Under the pieces are notes generated by a model, which ran no database searches, had not been told where the DNA came from, and saw nothing but the letters and a program-made list of their open reading frames with translations. The position numbers were made by a program, and so were the translations under genes. This document shows, in pieces, positions 8,178 through 16,040 of a DNA stretch of 29,733 bases (the stretch's first letter is position 1; each line of letters begins with the position of its first letter). This DNA comes from a virus (Duplodnaviria; Heunggongvirae; Uroviricota; Caudoviricetes). Where the stretch lies: the IMG/VR virus record IMGVR_UViG_3300037852_000247, positions 64,001 to 93,733 of that record. One strand, 5' to 3'.

Positions 8178-8470
8178 TCAACGCCTTCGAAATTCTTGGA
8201 GCTCTGCAAGAGGCGCGCATTGTGATTAATCTAGCGCGCCTGGATGAGGCTAGTAATGCTGATTACGATGGTGCCATTGAGCGCGTGGATCGCGCTCTAG
8301 CCGCCCTGGAAAAGTCGATGATGACAGTCGACAAGATGGACGCGCGCACGACCACCATTGCGGAATGTGCGGCTATCGTCCGCGAGCACGGGACTGGGTA
8401 CGCCGACCGCACCGAATTTCTAGCCAAGGAAATCGAGAGCTTGGGCCCATGCACGACACCGCGGCCCTGA
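8174..8470 (+). CDS. Hypothetical helical protein (98 aa)
   Basis: ATGA overlap; lies between two methyltransferases. Confidence 0.6.
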   Translation: MINAFEILGALQEARIVINLARLDEASNADYDGAIERVDRALAALEKSMMTVDKMDARTTTIAECAAIVREHGTGYADRTEFLAKEIESLGPCTTPRP

Positions 8471-9042
8471 CGGGCAACGCCTTCTTCCGCTGCTACGGCG
8501 ATCCGCTCTGCGATCCGGGAAGCATACATTGCGTACTCATACTCGACGTCGGCAGCCATGACGTGAACGGCACATTACGCCCCTATAAGCCGAAAAATGC
8601 AGCTTATCTGGGCGTCGACCAGGTCGCCGGTCCCGGTGTGGACCAGGTCCTCGACGACCCGCATAAGCTGCCGTTTCCCGATGCCTCGTTCGATCTGATC
8701 GTCTCGACCTCGTGCCTCGAGCACGACCCGATGTTCTGGCGGACCTTTGCCGAGATGGCGCGCGTCGTGGTCCCCGGCGGGTTCGTCTACATCAGCGCGC
8801 CGGCGAACGGGCCCTATCACGGCCACCCCGGCGATTGCTGGCGCTTCTACGCCGACGCGCCCAAGGCGCTCGCCGACTGGGCCACGTACTGCGGCCACAC
8901 GCTCGAGCTCGTCGAGGCCTTCATGATGAAGCCGATCAGCGACGTGTGGGTCGATTGCGTCGCGGTGTTCGGCAAACCGCCGGTACCGGAACGCATGCGC
9001 ATTGGCGATATTGCGCGATTTCCTTTGGAGACGATCCCATGA
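8449..9042 (+). CDS. Class I SAM-dependent methyltransferase
   Basis: ILDVGSHDVNG, YLGVD..AGPGVD, FDLIVSTSCLEH, MARVVVPGG, YHGHPGDCWRF. Confidence 0.9.
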   Translation: MHDTAALTGNAFFRCYGDPLCDPGSIHCVLILDVGSHDVNGTLRPYKPKNAAYLGVDQVAGPGVDQVLDDPHKLPFPDASFDLIVSTSCLEHDPMFWRTFAEMARVVVPGGFVYISAPANGPYHGHPGDCWRFYADAPKALADWATYCGHTLELVEAFMMKPISDVWVDCVAVFGKPPVPERMRIGDIARFPLETIP

Positions 9043-9398
9043 CCTTGAGCTACGTCTACCTCATCTCGCCGCCTTCAACCTCCGCATTCGCCGTCGGCGC
9101 GTCCGGAAAGGTATATACGCCAAATGCCGCCGGTGTGATCACCGGCGTCGCAGCGAGCGATGCCATGCTGATGACCGGCATCGGCGATGACGGGAGACCG
9201 CTGCTGGCGACCGGCGCCACCGCCGACCGGCCAGACCCAAGCCCCAGCCCGCCTACCGGCCCTGGGCTCAACAACACCTCCCCGCCGCTGGCGCTGGGGT
9301 TGCCATTCTATGACACTTCGCTTTCCAAGACGGTATTCTGGGTTGGCACGATCCGCAGCTTAACCGGCTGGGTAGACCAGGCCGGCAATCCCGCGTAA
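9039..9398 (+). CDS. Possible minor virion protein with a tail-fibre-type C-terminal module
   Basis: GATADRP...GLPFYDTSLSKTVFW...GWVDQAG resembles the recalled GTTAQRP...YFDTTLGKPIWW...WVDATG module. Confidence 0.5.
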   Translation: MTLSYVYLISPPSTSAFAVGASGKVYTPNAAGVITGVAASDAMLMTGIGDDGRPLLATGATADRPDPSPSPPTGPGLNNTSPPLALGLPFYDTSLSKTVFWVGTIRSLTGWVDQAGNPA

Positions 9399-9424
9399 AG
9401 CAAAACCCTTTTCGGAGACCAACC

Positions 9425-9631
9425 ATGACGGCAATCAAGACGACTGACCGCGGCCCCACCTATTCCGTGCCCGATGCGCACGGCAACACTGTGTCGCTCA
9501 AACAGGGCCAGCCGAGCTTTGTCGGCGGGGCACGGACGGTCACCATTGGCGGGCTTACCCTAACCCAGCAGGCCGTGATCGATTTGCTGCCGGCGCTGAC
9601 GGCATTTGCTGCCAGCGGCGTGGTGAGCTGA
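9425..9631 (+). CDS. Hypothetical protein (68 aa)
   Basis: GGAG SD upstream; high GC3. Confidence 0.7.
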   Translation: MTAIKTTDRGPTYSVPDAHGNTVSLKQGQPSFVGGARTVTIGGLTLTQQAVIDLLPALTAFAASGVVS

Positions 9632-9643
9632 CAGGTGTGCTGC

Positions 9644-9991
9644 CTAGCCTACTGGGTGCCCCGGCAACTCAGCCGTGCTTACAATGATTTTTGCCGTGCA
9701 AAAAGGACAAAAGTGAATTGGCGTCGACTCAATTATTGAGAACCCATCCCGACAGATTGCGCGGAAAATGTTTACCGTATCATTCGCTTGCGGATCACCA
9801 AAACGTGGCCCAAGCTTTATGAAACCACCCGACAACGCTTGGCTCATCTTTCGGCAACAGTAACTGATACCGCCGCGCTCCCTTTCGTAATAGCCACATG
9901 AAGTACGATAGGGTCCGTCAGCGGATCTGCTATATCCTATGTTAAACTGAGCATAATTCCGATATATCTCATTATCGTTATTCTCGGTCAT
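9644..9991 (-). CDS. Cys-rich hypothetical protein (115 aa), low GC
   Basis: ATG at 9991 overlaps the upstream TGA; CC and CPFC motifs. Confidence 0.6.
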   Translation of the reverse strand: MTENNDNEIYRNYAQFNIGYSRSADGPYRTSCGYYERERGGISYCCRKMSQALSGGFIKLGPRFGDPQANDTVNIFRAICRDGFSIIESTPIHFCPFCTAKIIVSTAELPGHPVG

Positions 9992-10230
9992 GGCAGCGGT
10001 GCCGGCCCACGGCTTTCGATCCAGCGCTGCACGCACAATAGATTGCAAAAGTCCTTCGGGTCTTTGAATAGCTCCCGCATCTCTGTGTCGATCGGTCTCA
10101 CGTCCTCGACGTAAGCCGCATAGCTCATCAGCGTGCCACCTCCCTGATGCCAGTTGATCCGAAGGTGCACGTGCTCGCGGGGGATCTCGGCCCCGCACGC
10201 ATCGCACGTCGTTGTTTCTTTCCTTGCCAT
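9988..10230 (-). CDS. Zn-finger-like protein (CDAC...DFCNLLC), paralog A
   Basis: GGAG SD before ATG 10230; CxxC...Cx3C pattern. Confidence 0.7.
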   Translation of the reverse strand: MARKETTTCDACGAEIPREHVHLRINWHQGGGTLMSYAAYVEDVRPIDTEMRELFKDPKDFCNLLCVQRWIESRGPAPLP

Positions 10231-10231
10231 T

Positions 10232-10501
10232 TCATTCTCCCAGATGGGCACGGTGCTGTTTCACGCGAGACTGAGCTGACTGAGCTATCGCCCATCGGGC
10301 CAGACACTCCAGATCGCAGAAATCTTTTTTTGTTTTGAGTAACTCTCGCAGTTCAACCTCCGCCGCCACCCGCCTCACCCGCTCGTCGGGATCAAGCGCA
10401 TAGCGGACTTGAGGCGGCCAGCAATCGATCTGCAGGCGCACCTTATCTTCCGGGATCTCCGCCTCACACGCATCGCAAGTCGTCTTCTCGATTCTCGACA
10501 T
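10232..10501 (-). CDS. Zn-finger-like protein (CDAC...DFCDLEC), paralog B
   Basis: GAGG SD before ATG 10501; same Cys pattern as paralog A. Confidence 0.7.
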   Translation of the reverse strand: MSRIEKTTCDACEAEIPEDKVRLQIDCWPPQVRYALDPDERVRRVAAEVELRELLKTKKDFCDLECLARWAIAQSAQSRVKQHRAHLGE

Positions 10502-10537
10502 CTGATTACCTCTTCTCATTTCAGCGAGGCCAGCATT

Positions 10538-13066
10538 ATGCGGCTTTACGGAGCGATTCAAAAGATCGAACCGCAGGACGACGGGACCGTGCGTGTGCAC
10601 GGGATCGCGACCACCGAGGCCGTCGACGACCAAGGCGAGATCGTGCGCGCGGCCGCAATGCGCACGGCGATCCCAGACTACATGAAGTTTCCTGCTCTTC
10701 GCGAGATGCATCAACTTTCGGCGGCCGGCACTGCGCTCGAGGTGGACTGCGGCGACGACGGGATCACCCGCATTGTCGCCCATGTCGTCGACCCCGTCGC
10801 GGTCACCAAGGTCAAGACTGCGACTTATCGCGGTTTCTCGATCGGCGGGCGCGTCACGCAGCGCGAGGCCGGCAATCCCAAGACCATCACGGGCATCGTG
10901 CTCAACGAGATCAGCCTAGTCGATCGCCCGGCCAATCCTGAGGCGATTTTCGACGTATGGAAGGCTTCGTCAATGCAAACAGAACAGGCGCCGGCAGCGG
11001 CGTTCAACCCGCCGATCCAAATATGGGCCTGCAGTGACCCGTCCCATCGGCATATCGCCAAGTCCGAGGCGCTGACCTGCCTGAAGGCCTCGGTGACGGC
11101 AGGCGCCGACGCTGCTCAAGCAGAGATCGACGCCGCGCTGAAGGCGCTCGAGCCTGGCGAGGTCGAGCCGCCCGCGCAAACCGATCCGCCGGCACTCGAA
11201 CCCGCCGCGGAGCCTCCGCCTACGCCCGAACCTGCGGCCACCGAGCCGCCCACCCCGGACCCGCCAGAGGCGGGTTTTTTATTGCCCGCAGCGGATCCGG
11301 CCGCGCCATCAGGCGACGACACGGCGGCGGCAGCGCTGGTGCCGGAAGAGGTTGTGCTGCCGGCCAACACCGCCGAGTTCATCGCCTCGGTGCAGCGATC
11401 ATTGGCCGAAGGCCAGGCCCTATTGGCGCAGGCCGATCCCGCCGCCAAGGCCGCGGACGACAACGCCGATGACGACGGCAAGAAGCCCTACGGCGATGTC
11501 GAATACGCAGATCCGGGCCACCAAGCAGACGGCAAGAAACGCTATCCGGTCGACACCGAAGCCCACATTCGCGCGGCGTGGAGCTACATCCACATGCCGA
11601 AAAACGCCTCGAAATACGAGGCAAAGGATCTGGCTTCGGTCAAGGCGAAGATCGCCTCAGCGTGGAAGGCCAAGATCGACAGCGAAGGGCCGCCATCCGC
11701 CAGTGAAAAGACCTCCGATCCCGATTTCGTCAAGGCATTGCTCGTCAAAGGCCTCTGGAATGTCTGCCGCACTGCCGAACTCGTTGAGGCGCTCGATTGG
11801 CTGCACGAACAGATCTCCATGGAACAGATCATGGAGAACGACGACAGCCCACTCCCGGCGCGCCTGAAAGGGATCATCGCCGAGCTGTGCGCTTTCCTCA
11901 ATGCGCAGGTCGCCGAGGAGACCTCCGAACTGTTGGAGGACGCGGATGTCGGCGACGGCCCCGGCATGACTGACCTGGGGATAGTCGCAATGAGCGCGGT
12001 CGCCCGCTCGCTGCGCAAGACGATTACCGACACACAGAAAGTGGAGCTGCTCGTGGAACAACTCGAAAAGGCGGGCGCCCGCCACAACAAATCCGATCAG
12101 GCGCATCTCGATACGATCGCGTTTGCGCTGCACAAGGCAATGGGTATCGCAACCACGCGCGCCGACATGGCCATAATGGGCCAGGCTCACAAGACCGTGC
12201 TCGACATTGGCGCAACCGCTCTCAATGCCGATGGCCGCCAAATGTTGACCAACAGCGCTCCCGCGCCCGAGGGCCCGACGACGCACGCCACGGTCGACAC
12301 CGGGCATGCCGGCCGGGTCACCACACCCAACCAGACCGGCGCAGTTCCCGCTACTCCGCATCCGCCGTCGGTCGCCAAAGCTGCGACCGCAGACGCGAGT
12401 CCGGCGTTCCTGATGATCGAGGCGATGGCGAAATCCGGTAACGGCCATGGTCCTTTGGCCGCCTGCGCGCACGGTCTGCTCAACGCGGTCAGCGATGGCG
12501 CGACCTGCAAGGAAGGCGCGGCCAAGCCGACCCGCCACAATGTCGAGGACATGGCGAGGATGCACACATTGCACGCCCAGCTGTGCATGGTCGACGGCGT
12601 CACTTGCTCCGGCGGTGCTGCTGCCGAGCCGGCGACCAAGGTTGCGGCCGCTGCTGCGCCGGTCGTTTCGGCTGTGCCCGCCCAGCCCGCAACCGCCGCA
12701 GTCCTCACCACCGATGACGGGCCGCTCAACAAGGCGATGGCCGAAAATACCGCGCTCACGAAGCTGCTCGGCGACATCGTGCCGATCATGGAAGGCATGA
12801 AGAAGCAGATCTCCGAAATCCACGCGCAGCCCATGCCCGCGGCGCTGGTCGCCAATGTCGGCGCAACCGACGCGACACGCAGCAATACCGGCACGCCCAC
12901 CACAGTCCTCACCTCCGACCAGGTCGCCGAGGCATTGAAAAAGATGTCCGTGGAGGAGAGCACGGTCACGCTCATCAAAGCGCGCCAGCCGATCTGGATC
13001 AATTCGCTCCATTTGCCGGACGCGCAGCGCGAGGCTCGCGACGAGCTGGCGGCCCGCAAAGCCTAA
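10538..13066 (+). CDS. HK97-type prohead protease fused to a Pro/Ala linker, a DUF6582-like domain and a scaffold region (842 aa)
   Basis: REMHQ (His), GFSIGG (Ser), EISLVDRPANPEA; YGDVEYADPG..KKRYPVDTEAHIRAAWSYI at about 11480-11670; directly upstream of the capsid gene. Confidence 0.88.
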   Translation: MRLYGAIQKIEPQDDGTVRVHGIATTEAVDDQGEIVRAAAMRTAIPDYMKFPALREMHQLSAAGTALEVDCGDDGITRIVAHVVDPVAVTKVKTATYRGFSIGGRVTQREAGNPKTITGIVLNEISLVDRPANPEAIFDVWKASSMQTEQAPAAAFNPPIQIWACSDPSHRHIAKSEALTCLKASVTAGADAAQAEIDAALKALEPGEVEPPAQTDPPALEPAAEPPPTPEPAATEPPTPDPPEAGFLLPAADPAAPSGDDTAAAALVPEEVVLPANTAEFIASVQRSLAEGQALLAQADPAAKAADDNADDDGKKPYGDVEYADPGHQADGKKRYPVDTEAHIRAAWSYIHMPKNASKYEAKDLASVKAKIASAWKAKIDSEGPPSASEKTSDPDFVKALLVKGLWNVCRTAELVEALDWLHEQISMEQIMENDDSPLPARLKGIIAELCAFLNAQVAEETSELLEDADVGDGPGMTDLGIVAMSAVARSLRKTITDTQKVELLVEQLEKAGARHNKSDQAHLDTIAFALHKAMGIATTRADMAIMGQAHKTVLDIGATALNADGRQMLTNSAPAPEGPTTHATVDTGHAGRVTTPNQTGAVPATPHPPSVAKAATADASPAFLMIEAMAKSGNGHGPLAACAHGLLNAVSDGATCKEGAAKPTRHNVEDMARMHTLHAQLCMVDGVTCSGGAAAEPATKVAAAAAPVVSAVPAQPATAAVLTTDDGPLNKAMAENTALTKLLGDIVPIMEGMKKQISEIHAQPMPAALVANVGATDATRSNTGTPTTVLTSDQVAEALKKMSVEESTVTLIKARQPIWINSLHLPDAQREARDELAARKA
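11259..11282 (+). terminator. Intrinsic terminator-like hairpin inside the protease gene
   Basis: acccgcc-aga-ggcgggt (7-bp stem) followed by tttttatt. Confidence 0.65.
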
Positions 13067-13091
13067 CCCGCTCCCAATCCCAAACAACCCG

Positions 13092-13115
13092 ACCCGCCGC
13101 CGGCGGGTTTTTTAT
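13092..13115 (+). terminator. Intrinsic terminator-like hairpin between scaffold and capsid genes
   Basis: acccgcc-gcc-ggcgggt plus tttttatt; 29/32 identical to the 11258-11289 copy. Confidence 0.7.
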
Positions 13116-13168
13116 TGCCCGCGTCAGATTTTAACGGCGCCGGCCTACCCCCCCCATTGGAGGGAACC

Positions 13169-14668
13169 ATGGACGTAATCACCCAGGAAACCATGGAGCT
13201 GATGAAAACAGCTCTGCGGACGCCGGATCAGACGCTCGCTAAGTCGATCAGCCAGGCCACTGGCCTCTTAGCCTTCGACCTGCAAGCGCCGGCGAAAAAC
13301 CTCTATCCCTTTATCACTCCTCTCCGCAATATCATCCCGCGGATCGGCGGTGGCACAGGCAGCCAGACCAACTGGCGCGCGGTCAACGCGATTATTGGCT
13401 CCGGCTTTGATGCAATGGGCTGGGTCCCCGAAGGCCAGCGCTCCGGCCAGATGGGCTACAGCACCAGCAACCGAAACGCCAATTACATGACCATCGGCGA
13501 AGAAGACGGCGCGACGTTCGAAGCAATCTCCGCCGGCCGCGACTTCGAAGACATCCAGGCCCGCATGGTCTTCCGACTTCTGCAGAAGATGATGCTGAAG
13601 GAGGAAATGGCGATCCTCGCCGGCAACAACTCGCTGCAATTAGGCGTCCCCCTCGCGCCGACGCTGTCCTCCAGCGGCACCGGCTCGACGCTGCCAAGCG
13701 CCACCTATTTCGTCAAAGTTGTAGCGCTGACCCTCGAAGGCTTCCAGAATTCGAGCGTCCTGACCGGCGTTGCCACGTCCAAGGGCATCACCGGCGCCGA
13801 CAACAAGCCGTACAGCTTGGCGGGCGGATCCTCGAATATCAGCCCCGAGGCGAGCCAAGCGGTCACCTTGCCGGCGCCTCTGCTGTGCTCCGTCACACCG
13901 ATCCAGGGCGCCGTCGCCTATGCCTGGTACGTCTCCAGCGCTACCGGAACCGAGACCCTGCAGGCGATCACGACCATCAATAGCCTGTTGGTCACCGCGC
14001 CGCTCAGCACCGGCAATCAGGCCGCCTCGGCGATCACCGCGGACAATTCGGCCAACCCGAATTACGCCTATGACGGGCTCCTCACCACGGCGCTCAAGGC
14101 CGGCAGCAATGCCTACGTCAACACCCTGGCAACCGGCACCGCGGGCGTCGGCACGGTATTGACCGCCTCCGGCCGCGGCTCGGTGGTCGAGATCGACACG
14201 ATGTTCCAGAAGATGTGGGACGTCTTCCAATTGTCTCCCACTGTCCTCTATGTCAATTCGCAGGAGCTGAAGAACATCACCACGAAGGTGCTGACAAACG
14301 CGTCCGGCCCCTTGCTGCGCTACGATGCCCCAGCCGACGGCAGCGGCGGCGAATACCAGCTCACCGCCTCGGGCGTCGTCCAGTACTACTACAACCCCTT
14401 CGCAATAAACGGCGGCCTGCGCATCCCCATCCGCCTCCACCCGAAGGTGCCCCCCGGCACCATCCTCGGCTGGTGCGAAAACCTGCCCATTCAGTACCAA
14501 TCGAATGAGGTGCCGAATGTCGCCGAAATCAAGACCCGGCAGGACTATTACCAAATAGATTGGCCAATCGTTACCAGACAGCGCCAGGTGGGTGTTTACG
14601 CCGAGGAAGTCCTTGCTGTGTATGCACCTTTTGCGATGGGTGTACTGACCAACATCGCAAACGGGTAA
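13169..14668 (+). CDS. Major capsid protein (HK97-fold inferred) with a Ser/Thr-rich insertion, 499 aa
   Basis: GGAGGG SD; position after protease; DLQAPAKNLYP..TPLRNIIPR, long helix ..LLQKMMLKEEMAILAG, YDGLL, C-terminal YAEEVLAVYAP. Confidence 0.88.
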   Translation: MDVITQETMELMKTALRTPDQTLAKSISQATGLLAFDLQAPAKNLYPFITPLRNIIPRIGGGTGSQTNWRAVNAIIGSGFDAMGWVPEGQRSGQMGYSTSNRNANYMTIGEEDGATFEAISAGRDFEDIQARMVFRLLQKMMLKEEMAILAGNNSLQLGVPLAPTLSSSGTGSTLPSATYFVKVVALTLEGFQNSSVLTGVATSKGITGADNKPYSLAGGSSNISPEASQAVTLPAPLLCSVTPIQGAVAYAWYVSSATGTETLQAITTINSLLVTAPLSTGNQAASAITADNSANPNYAYDGLLTTALKAGSNAYVNTLATGTAGVGTVLTASGRGSVVEIDTMFQKMWDVFQLSPTVLYVNSQELKNITTKVLTNASGPLLRYDAPADGSGGEYQLTASGVVQYYYNPFAINGGLRIPIRLHPKVPPGTILGWCENLPIQYQSNEVPNVAEIKTRQDYYQIDWPIVTRQRQVGVYAEEVLAVYAPFAMGVLTNIANG

Positions 14669-14681
14669 TAGTTTTATTGCC

Positions 14682-14710
14682 TTGACACGACTACTACAAG
14701 GGGTTAGAAC
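14682..14710 (+). promoter_or_regulatory. Sigma70-type promoter for the HNH gene
   Basis: TTGACA (14682-14687), 17-nt spacer, TAGAAC (14705-14710). Confidence 0.65.
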
Positions 14711-14718
14711 GGCCATGC

Positions 14719-14782
14719 GAGCCAGGACGATGGTGGAACATCGCCCTGGCTCTAACCACACAACTTGCCGTAGGAGGGCAAG
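14719..14782 (+). promoter_or_regulatory. Structured 5' leader: long hairpin plus an SD-containing hairpin
   Basis: gagccagg/cctggctc and cgatg/catcg stems (14719-14752); cttgcc-gtaggag-ggcaag (14764-14782) places the SD in a loop. Confidence 0.6.
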
Positions 14783-14785
14783 AGC

Positions 14786-15334
14786 ATGGCTGATCTCATT
14801 CTACAAACTCTACCCATAAACGAACAGAGGACGGCCGCCTTTTGGCGGAAGGTCGACATTCGCGGTCCGGACGATTGCTGGGCTTACAAACCGGCCGCAC
14901 GGACACAGGGCGGATATGGGGCTGGGTTTTACGGAGACACGCATACCACCGCTTCTCGAATAGCCTATGTGCTTCATTACGGGCCGTTTCTAAAGTCGTT
15001 ACACGTTTTGCACCGCTGCAACCGCCGTGATTGCCTGAATCCTCGCCATTTGTTCCTGGGGACTCCGCAAGGCAATTCTGACGACATGGTGGCGAAAGCC
15101 CGATCCACGAAAGGGCTGGCGCGCGCGTCGGTCATGGGCGAGAGAAACGCTAACGCCAAATTGTCGGACGAACAAATCGAGGAAATCATTCGGCTTGGCG
15201 CTACATACACGCAGCGAAAGCTGGCGCGGATGTTCGCCGTAAGCAAATCTCAGATCGGCAACGTTTTACGCGCCGAGAGCCGCGTTCTCCGCACGCCAAT
15301 CGAGAGCGGCATTCGGGGCGAGGGCCAATCATGA
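14786..15334 (+). CDS. Free-standing HNH homing endonuclease with C-terminal HTH
   Basis: FWRKVD..DDCW, GGYG, RIAYVLHYG, VLHRC..RDCLNPRHL..GT..GN..DM, GERNANAKL, RKLARMFAVSKSQI. Confidence 0.9.
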   Translation: MADLILQTLPINEQRTAAFWRKVDIRGPDDCWAYKPAARTQGGYGAGFYGDTHTTASRIAYVLHYGPFLKSLHVLHRCNRRDCLNPRHLFLGTPQGNSDDMVAKARSTKGLARASVMGERNANAKLSDEQIEEIIRLGATYTQRKLARMFAVSKSQIGNVLRAESRVLRTPIESGIRGEGQS

Positions 15335-15627
15335 ATCGACACCCGCTCATCGGCAAGTTGCTGCGTTGGGAGACTGAAGATGGCGCGGCATATACGGTCA
15401 GCCGTTTCACTACAGATCTCGGCAATGGTTTCTTTTTGGCCATGCGGCTGTGTCCGAACCACGGAACCAATCTTGATATGTCCCACATCCTCTCGTTTGA
15501 GATGCTCGCCGAACGTGAGGGTGCCGAGATCTACGACGATTGGGACGCGTTGGAAGAGGCTATGGAGTGCCCGCACGACTCAGACGGAGCCGACGACTCA
15601 GAGCCGACTATAACCCCCCTGCATTGA
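15331..15627 (+). CDS. Acidic hypothetical protein (98 aa)
   Basis: ATGA overlap with the HNH gene. Confidence 0.65.
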   Translation: MNRHPLIGKLLRWETEDGAAYTVSRFTTDLGNGFFLAMRLCPNHGTNLDMSHILSFEMLAEREGAEIYDDWDALEEAMECPHDSDGADDSEPTITPLH

Positions 15628-15631
15628 GAGT

Positions 15632-16040
15632 CCTTCTGCGAGGCCGCGCTCGCGATGAACGCTCTTGATCTATGTTTTGGCATCTTCTTCCTGGTTGGCT
15701 TCGTGGGTTGCCTAGCCGCTATTTCGTTCCTTCATCGGACCTGCGAAGACCACATCAAGGCGTTGATGCTTTCTGATCGACTAGAGGCAGATCGGATGAG
15801 GCGGCTGATGGATGATCTTCACTGAGGCCGTGCTCGCGACCCGAGGAATGCGATGACCTATCAGTGCCGTGATTCTCATGTCCGCATCATTCACCTTCCG
15901 ACGGGAATCGTCGTCGGTTGTCAGGGAAAAGGCTCGCCCATCAAGAACCGACAAGAAGCAATGAGGATGCTGCGCAGTAGGCTGGTTGCGCGGGAGCGGG
16001 AAGAGCGCATCGCCTTCTGCGAGGCCGTGCTCGCGACCCG
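15632..16040 (+). repeat. Three dispersed direct repeats, core gaggccg(c/t)gctcgcga
   Basis: Cores at 15640-15655, 15824-15839 and 16021-16036; copies 1 and 3 also share ccttctgc, copies 2 and 3 share cccg. Confidence 0.9.
15655..15825 (+). CDS. Small single-TM protein (56 aa; not in the ORF track)
   Basis: MNALDLCFGIFFLVGFVGCLAAISFLHRTCEDHIKALMLSDRLEADRMRRLMDDLH; exactly spans repeat copy 1 to copy 2. Confidence 0.55.
   Translation: MNALDLCFGIFFLVGFVGCLAAISFLHRTCEDHIKALMLSDRLEADRMRRLMDDLH

Noticed and set aside
1-9042. DNA hypermodification pathway
   Set aside because: No hydroxymethylase, TET/JBP, nucleotide kinase or DNA methylase motifs in the window; kept only as an alternative hypothesis.
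10409-10537. Upstream extension of the protease ORF
   Set aside because: Overlaps the minus-strand Zn-finger gene; the protease domain starts at ATG 10538.
11657-14761. Long antisense ORFs (11657-13087, 12187-13059, 13640-14761)
   Set aside because: Mirror frames of high-GC3 structural genes with no motifs or SD.
15632-16040. Regularly spaced repeats as a CRISPR array
   Set aside because: Spacers are about 170-180 nt and each encodes an ORF; only three degenerate copies; no cas genes. The same applies to 23513-24052.
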